Below are positions 58,489-64,000 of a stretch of DNA of 64,000 nt, piece by piece. The DNA is from a virus. The stretch lies in the IMG/VR virus record IMGVR_UViG_3300032223_001001, positions 1 through 64,000 of that record. One strand, written 5' to 3'. Numbering within the stretch: position 1 is the stretch's first letter; every line of letters starts with the position of its first letter. The notes beneath the pieces are model-generated. The model was given only the letters and a program-made list of their open reading frames with translations. It did no database searches and was not told where the DNA came from. The position numbers and the translations under genes were made by a program.

Positions 58489-59227
58489 ACTCAACCCCAA
58501 AAGTAATATTGAATACTACTCTTTCTCCTGACGGGGCGATTGCTGTTCTCGTTAAATCTAACGATGGTTGGTTTTTATTTAAGAATTCACGAATATATTT
58601 TGAATCCATAATTGGCATTGACTCAATAAATTTAGATATCATCATCTTATCTTCATTACCATCAACTGAAACTATTTGTTTATTTAACTTCCACGTGATC
58701 GTTGGAACAATTCTTCCTTGAGGATAAGTTTCCGCTAATCTATCCAACTCAACTGTCTCACCATAAGTTAATAATCTTAATTTAACCGTTGAACCACATT
58801 TAGGTAATGTAGTTGTAAAAATCCCATTTTCATCTGGTTGAACTTCAGTTTTTTTGAAATCAATTTCATCTAGAATTTCAACATGATCAAACGGTTTTCC
58901 AGTTTGAGGATCCTTGAGAACTAAATTATATTCAGGACCAAATGAAGTGTTTCGTAAATACAATAAAATTGTTTGAATATCACCCTCGATCATATCTTCA
59001 GGTCTTAAGTCATGTTCATACAACTTATTTCTAACCAACGTTAAAACAACATTGTCAGAATTCCCCCTAACTGAATTTAATAATAAATTTTCGTCTGTTG
59101 CCGTTAAAAATCCAATTTTAACAGATTTCTTTTTTGATTTGTAAAATTTCCCATTGGAAGGTAAAGTGACAACATCGTGAGGTAGTGAAAAACTCTCAGT
59201 CGCAGCTTGTAATAATTGATCATCCAT
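58469..59227 (-). CDS. T4 gp26-like baseplate hub / tail assembly chaperone
   Basis: VTLPSNGKFY...LTATDENLL...ILLYLRNTSFGPEY...FGVEFFRP. Confidence 0.75.
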   Translation of the reverse strand: MDDQLLQAATESFSLPHDVVTLPSNGKFYKSKKKSVKIGFLTATDENLLLNSVRGNSDNVVLTLVRNKLYEHDLRPEDMIEGDIQTILLYLRNTSFGPEYNLVLKDPQTGKPFDHVEILDEIDFKKTEVQPDENGIFTTTLPKCGSTVKLRLLTYGETVELDRLAETYPQGRIVPTITWKLNKQIVSVDGNEDKMMISKFIESMPIMDSKYIREFLNKNQPSLDLTRTAIAPSGERVVFNITFGVEFFRPFF

Positions 59228-59229
59228 AA

Positions 59230-59530
59230 ATTAATATTTTACAAAAAACATAATTAAAAAAATCAATAAATAAAGAAAAATTTATTAAAATCGTTGAAGA
59301 AATATTTTATGAAAAATATTGTTAAAGCTATTGACTTAATTAAAAATTTTAACTACTTAATAATATATTATTATATATATTATATAATAATATTAATATA
59401 TACTAGTATATATTAATATAACCCATTCAATAACCCATTCTATTAATTTATTAATATTTTATTTATTATATAAATTATTTTTATTATTATTTATATAAGT
59501 TATTATTATAATAGATGAAATTCCTACTAG
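59230..59530. other. Extremely AT-rich non-coding region with palindrome and direct repeats (candidate origin)
   Basis: 30-bp perfect palindrome at 59390-59419; TAACCCATTC twice. Confidence 0.4.
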
Positions 59531-59531
59531 A

Positions 59532-60359
59532 TTAATAGTCTTTTTTAACTCCTCCAGCTGTTGAATACATTTTCAAAATATTTTCTGGATCATCCTTGAA
59601 ATGTCCTTTAACTTTTTCCAAATTTCTTAAATCGTCATCTGAAAAACCTATCTGGGGTATCGCAAATTTATTACTAACTTTATTTTTCAAAAACGCTTTT
59701 TTATGGATAAAGTTCGATACTTCACGAATGTACGAAATAAATTCATTCAGTGCCTTAATTTTCCCGTCTTCTGGATTAGTCGCTGACCCTTCACCATAGG
59801 TAACGGGGTAAAAGCGACACAGATTCAAGTATTCACGTATTAAATCACGTTTTGGAAGTTCCTCCTCGTCCGCAATATCACGGTATTTTATTAAATTCTT
59901 AGCTAACTCGTCTGAATTAATCCCTTGATGATTGGAAATGATTAAATTATAAACAGCTTCCTTCATGATTGATGGTGTATGACCTCTTGCTGTAACAATC
60001 GAAAAAATTGAACCATTATTTATCGCTTCAACAAAATCTGGCCAAGCTGGACCTAAATTAGCCGTCATAGAATCAACTACGAAATTCTTATCACCAGTGG
60101 TTGTAAAATATCTAAATGGCAATTCCGCAAATCCAACAATTTTATGTCCTTTATACTCAAAAGGTTCTTTACCTACCTTAACACGATATTCCGCAAAATC
60201 TTCCGTTCCCATCGGAACTTCTTCCCCTTTATCATCCATTAATATAATTTTGGTTGGCATATACATGATATTATCATCCCAATCAAACGCATAATATTTC
60301 ATATCTGGAGTTCCTTGTTCAGTTATTCCCTCCTTAATTCTTCTTTTTTCCATATTCAT
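59532..60359 (-). CDS. HAD-superfamily phosphatase-like protein (start reassigned from 60437)
   Basis: AFDWDDNI, IVTARGH, K, GFSDDD; the longer ORF-track start runs through the sheath terminator. Confidence 0.7.
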   Translation of the reverse strand: MNMEKRRIKEGITEQGTPDMKYYAFDWDDNIMYMPTKIILMDDKGEEVPMGTEDFAEYRVKVGKEPFEYKGHKIVGFAELPFRYFTTTGDKNFVVDSMTANLGPAWPDFVEAINNGSIFSIVTARGHTPSIMKEAVYNLIISNHQGINSDELAKNLIKYRDIADEEELPKRDLIREYLNLCRFYPVTYGEGSATNPEDGKIKALNEFISYIREVSNFIHKKAFLKNKVSNKFAIPQIGFSDDDLRNLEKVKGHFKDDPENILKMYSTAGGVKKDY

Positions 60360-60374
60360 AAATAGTTTATTAAA

Positions 60375-60410
60375 TAAAAAATGGGGATTAACTAACCCCC
60401 ATTTTTTTAT
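60375..60410 (-). terminator. Terminator after the tail sheath gene
   Basis: AAAAAATGGGG...CCCCATTTTTT. Confidence 0.7.
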
Positions 60411-60423
60411 GTTTTTTTTATTT

Positions 60424-63400
60424 TTAGATGTTGTCAAAAGACGCCCCAGATGGTGTGATATAGAATGTAATATCGATAAATTCTAGTGCGGCGGTTGGTT
60501 TGATCCAAATCTTCCCCGTCATTTGCTTACGATCCAAGTCAGCAGCATCTGAAGATACCTCAACTCTAAAGTCGTATAATCCACGATCACGTCTAATTGA
60601 GTCTAAAATTGGATTTACCGCGTTTAAGAAGTCTTGTCTAACCTTGTCATCATTTTGTTCGAATAAAAGTCTTACAGACACCGCAGAAATCAATTTACGA
60701 GCTTGTAATAACAATCTTCTAACGTTCATTCTGTTTAGAGCAGAATCTTTAACTTGAAGTGTTTTGTTACCCCAAATCACAGTACCCACGTCTGAGAATG
60801 TAGCGATAGGATTTAATCTACCATTGTACAATACATCACGATCTTCTTGTGTTAACTTTTTACGAGCTTTAATTGAATTAACAATACCTCTAGTATAACC
60901 AGCTGCCGCAAACCATGGGAATGCAATGTTATCTGTTAAAGCGATGTTTTTAACAACTTCACCAGTTGGCGGTAAATAGATTTGTGTATTATTATCCGTA
61001 TCTTTTGTTAATACCCAAGGATAATATGTTGCAGTATAGTTAGAATCAATTCCAACGTTATCTAAATTATCTACCGCTTCTTGTGGATAAATTAATTCAG
61101 TTGTTCCTGCGTTAGGTGTTAACATGTTATAATCTGGTGTTGTTGTAACATAAATTGAATCCGCACGATCATTTTCAATCATATCAACAACTTCTTCAAC
61201 TAAATCTGAATTGTTAACATAATCAATACCTGGTGATACGAATACGTTGATATTCACAGCTTCAGGGTTAGCAAATGTTCTATAACCTAATAAATAAGCA
61301 TAATAATCCGAGTTACCCCAATCTTGTGTATTATCACCAACAGTGATTTGTTTGAATGCTCCCCATCCAGTCGCATTAGGGTATTTCACTGAACATGTTG
61401 GATTAAATCCTTTTAAGAAACCAGTTCTACCGATTTTATATTTATCCTCGTTAGTTCTACGTTCTCTATATATATCCCATCCGTCAAAACCTCCAGCTAC
61501 AAGTAAAGTAAATTTACGAGCGTAAAGTCTGTAATAAGGGTTTGATTCATTTGTAGGATCTGAAGTAAATTCAGCATTACCAACATAATAAGCAGATTCT
61601 CCACTAGTTGTATAACCATTTGGAATTGTTATTGACGCAGCATTAACATCCATATGGAATCCTTTTGTTTTATAAACCCAAGAGTCACCAGTTGAATCAC
61701 ATGGGGATAGAGGAGCTTGCTTACCTTTATAACCAAACATACTAATATCCACACCCATTTTATCGGAAATACCTAAATAAGTACGTCTAACATTGTCACC
61801 ATTACTAATAGTTTTGTTATCACCACCAGTTGTATAACCAAAAGGAGGATTGAAGATTTCTTCACCTGGATAATCGTATTTAGTTTTATAGATTGGGAAT
61901 GATGGTTTAGATTCAGCATATTGTCTATTTTCATACCCCTCGAATCCACAAGGTAAAGCCTCGATTGGTGCGTTTTCATTAACCTCAACCATAATAAGTT
62001 TAGAGTTTAATTGATATTCACCATCACTAGTACCTATTTTTTTAGCGATATAACCATTGTCGCTAGGATTCATATTACAATTTGTAAATTTCTCCAAAAC
62101 AACCGGACTTTCATCTGTATCGAAGAAATCACGAACCAATACATCGAAGGTACCATTATTAAATGATATGTTAGCAATTGAAATTTTAACTTCAGTATTA
62201 GCACCAACACCATCTGAAATAGTTGTGAATCTAAATAATTCATATACTTTACTACCACGTAGTTCAGAAACTACCCATGGTGAGCTAGGCGTTTGATATT
62301 GTTCCAAATACCAACCAATTGAAGATGAATCCAAATTTCTCGATTCAGGCAATGCTGTTAGATCACAATTTAATCCACGGATATATCCTTTTTTATATGC
62401 GTAGTTTAATAACACAGGATAATTTTCTTCAACGAATACTGGTACAGATTTTTTATCTTTACCGAAGTTGGATGTTCCAAATACTTTTGATAAGTATTGT
62501 GTATCCGAATTCATAAATGATGTTTCAAACGTAAAATTAGAACCATCAATATTTTTAACATTCAACGCAAATTTAGCGAATGGGTTTTTATTTACCCCAG
62601 AATATTGTCCTGAACATACCATTGATACATCCGTTAATCCTGAAACTTCATAAACCGCACCAGCACCATCTGCATTGTTACCACGTGAACGTAAAGTTGC
62701 TATAACTAAATCATCATATTGTGTATAAGCAACACCTGAATAAATGAAGATTGTACCAATTAAATTACCAGTATAACAATCTGTTGGTTTTAATGTTGTC
62801 GTAGTTGTAGTAGTTGTTGTTCCAGTTGGAGCACAAGGATTTGTAGTTGTCGTTGTAGTCGTTGGAGGTATTGTTGTAGTCGTTGTCGTTGAAGCTGAAA
62901 TTAATGTTAATCCGTCAACCACCGAGAAAAATGAAAAACCAGAATAACTAGCGTTCCCATTATTATCAAACAATGAATAATACCATGGATCATTTTTAGG
63001 TGACGTGAAATCGATCACTGAAGCGTCAACTGAATCAACACCATAAGTGTTTGTTGATGCGGTAAACCCTAAATTCGTCATTGCCGAATAAATTGTACCA
63101 GGGACTGCACCATAATAACTAATTGAATTTCCTTCCGTACTTGGAGCGTTAATAACGTCGAATACTTGACTTTTTAAGTCATATGATAAACTAGATGTTG
63201 AACCATTAAATTGTTCATATTGACTAGTTAATTTCATTAATATTTCATCTGGGATTGCTGTTTGGTCTAAAATAATTGAATTAATATCATTATTACAACC
63301 AGTAAACGGAATTAAGAAATCAACAGTTTGATATTCAACACATTCGTCAACACAATCAATAGTTGTTGCACTAACACAATTAAAATCAATCGTATTAGGA

Positions 63401-63756
63401 TTAACATTTGCTTTAGTTGTAATAGTCCAAGATGGTCCAGCGTCATATCCAGACAACCCTAAAACTCTAGTTACAAATAATTGGTTTGATTGTTGTAAAT
63501 ATGATTTCGCAATATAAGATGCTTCATATTTAGGAATTTGTGTATTTACAAATTTTTCAGGTGACGTTCCTCCAAAATAAGTTCTGAATTCATCGTAGTT
63601 GCGAATAAATATTGGTTCAAAAGCAGGTCCCTTCAAGGTCTCACCTACCATTCCCAACGTTGTCACACCAACGCTCTGAGCTACATAACTTAAATCAACC
63701 TCTGAAGTATAAACACCTGGCGATACAAATACTTTACTGTTTGTTGATGTTGCCAT
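60424..63756 (-). CDS. Contractile tail sheath protein with a Thr-rich insertion
   Basis: VFVSPGVYTSEVD, GETLKGPAFEP, PWFAAAGYTRG, WGNKTL, NVRRLL, FEQND, IKPT..LEFI. Confidence 0.95.
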   Translation of the reverse strand: MATSTNSKVFVSPGVYTSEVDLSYVAQSVGVTTLGMVGETLKGPAFEPIFIRNYDEFRTYFGGTSPEKFVNTQIPKYEASYIAKSYLQQSNQLFVTRVLGLSGYDAGPSWTITTKANVNPNTIDFNCVSATTIDCVDECVEYQTVDFLIPFTGCNNDINSIILDQTAIPDEILMKLTSQYEQFNGSTSSLSYDLKSQVFDVINAPSTEGNSISYYGAVPGTIYSAMTNLGFTASTNTYGVDSVDASVIDFTSPKNDPWYYSLFDNNGNASYSGFSFFSVVDGLTLISASTTTTTTIPPTTTTTTTNPCAPTGTTTTTTTTTLKPTDCYTGNLIGTIFIYSGVAYTQYDDLVIATLRSRGNNADGAGAVYEVSGLTDVSMVCSGQYSGVNKNPFAKFALNVKNIDGSNFTFETSFMNSDTQYLSKVFGTSNFGKDKKSVPVFVEENYPVLLNYAYKKGYIRGLNCDLTALPESRNLDSSSIGWYLEQYQTPSSPWVVSELRGSKVYELFRFTTISDGVGANTEVKISIANISFNNGTFDVLVRDFFDTDESPVVLEKFTNCNMNPSDNGYIAKKIGTSDGEYQLNSKLIMVEVNENAPIEALPCGFEGYENRQYAESKPSFPIYKTKYDYPGEEIFNPPFGYTTGGDNKTISNGDNVRRTYLGISDKMGVDISMFGYKGKQAPLSPCDSTGDSWVYKTKGFHMDVNAASITIPNGYTTSGESAYYVGNAEFTSDPTNESNPYYRLYARKFTLLVAGGFDGWDIYRERRTNEDKYKIGRTGFLKGFNPTCSVKYPNATGWGAFKQITVGDNTQDWGNSDYYAYLLGYRTFANPEAVNINVFVSPGIDYVNNSDLVEEVVDMIENDRADSIYVTTTPDYNMLTPNAGTTELIYPQEAVDNLDNVGIDSNYTATYYPWVLTKDTDNNTQIYLPPTGEVVKNIALTDNIAFPWFAAAGYTRGIVNSIKARKKLTQEDRDVLYNGRLNPIATFSDVGTVIWGNKTLQVKDSALNRMNVRRLLLQARKLISAVSVRLLFEQNDDKVRQDFLNAVNPILDSIRRDRGLYDFRVEVSSDAADLDRKQMTGKIWIKPTAALEFIDITFYITPSGASFDNI

Positions 63757-63792
63757 TATCTTTTTAGGTTTTTAGTTTTTATTTATTTTTTA

Positions 63793-63845
63793 TATAAATA
63801 TCAAGGAAAATCCTAAAGTGCTTTTTTAATTATCAACTATTTATA
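63793..63845. promoter_or_regulatory. Divergent pair of phage TATTTATA motifs
   Basis: Minus-strand copy at 63793-63800 faces the sheath gene; plus-strand copy at 63838-63845 faces the small plus-strand ORF. Confidence 0.6.
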
Positions 63846-63868
63846 AAAAAAGAAGAAAAAAATATATT

Positions 63869-64000
63869 ATGGAAAATAAAGATAAAGAAATCAAAAACTT
63901 GAAAATTTCTAAAGAAACACACGAAGTGCTAAAAAAGTATTGTGAAAAAAGGGGGATTAAAATCTACTGGTTTTTAGAAAAACTTATTCTTGAAAAATGT
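63869..64000 (+). CDS. Small ribbon-helix-helix-like protein (partial)
   Basis: MENKDKEIKNLKISKETHEVLKKYCEKRGIKIYWFLEKLILEKC. Confidence 0.65.
   Translation, partial: MENKDKEIKNLKISKETHEVLKKYCEKRGIKIYWFLEKLILEKC

Noticed and set aside
60360-60437. N-terminal extension of the HAD ORF given in the track
   Set aside because: It overlaps the sheath stop and terminator hairpin; ATG at 60359 or 60353 is more plausible
144-62653. Many short plus-strand and nested alternative-frame ORFs in the track (e.g. 44926..45564, 50592..51158, 24668..25099)
   Set aside because: They are antisense or overlapping shadows of long, motif-bearing minus-strand genes and have no recognisable features
44682-63756. 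Bacterial contractile injection system (eCIS/T6SS) instead of a phage
   Set aside because: The tail genes are interleaved with T4-like replication genes (gp32, UvsX, gp41, RNase H, RNR) and share a phage-type promoter motif
1-64000. Stop-codon reassignment as in some jumbo phages
   Set aside because: Long genes are intact under code 11, and the breaks seen are explained by inteins or IS insertions
1-64000. tRNA or rRNA genes
   Set aside because: None recognised; intergenic gaps are short and AT-rich

Overview
Segment of a large, AT-rich, contractile-tailed (T4-like, jumbo-type) bacteriophage genome using the standard genetic code. Almost all genes lie on the minus strand. A Bacteroidota host is suggested by SprB-like repeats, A-rich leaders mostly lacking Shine-Dalgarno motifs, and one TTTG-N20-TAnnTTTG promoter. 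In transcription order: (1) tail module: sheath, HAD-like protein, AT-rich gap, chaperone pair, tape measure, large baseplate/hub proteins; (2) a two-gene tail-accessory cassette; (3) replication/recombination block: gp32 SSB, UvsX/RecA, 5'-3' exonuclease, DnaB/gp41, NrdB, NrdA, carrying two IS607 elements and four inteins, two of them naturally split; (4) baseplate wedge and peripheral virion genes; (5) a glycosyltransferase and RuvC. Best candidate for a new system: a glycosyltransferase with the motifs of plant peptidyl-Ser/Hyp O-glycosyltransferases (GT96/GT95). It sits among virion genes whose products carry poly-Thr tracts and an enriched [ST]-G-x-[ST] motif, suggesting phage-encoded virion O-glycosylation. 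Other highlights are two split inteins of opposite charge polarity, a class 3 intein starting with Glu, a probable +1/-2 frameshift in the tail chaperone, a Fanzor-like TnpB, a probably nuclease-dead TnpB, and IS607 left ends carrying the phage's own promoter motif. All family calls come from motif recognition by eye, without database searches, and all counts are hand counts.
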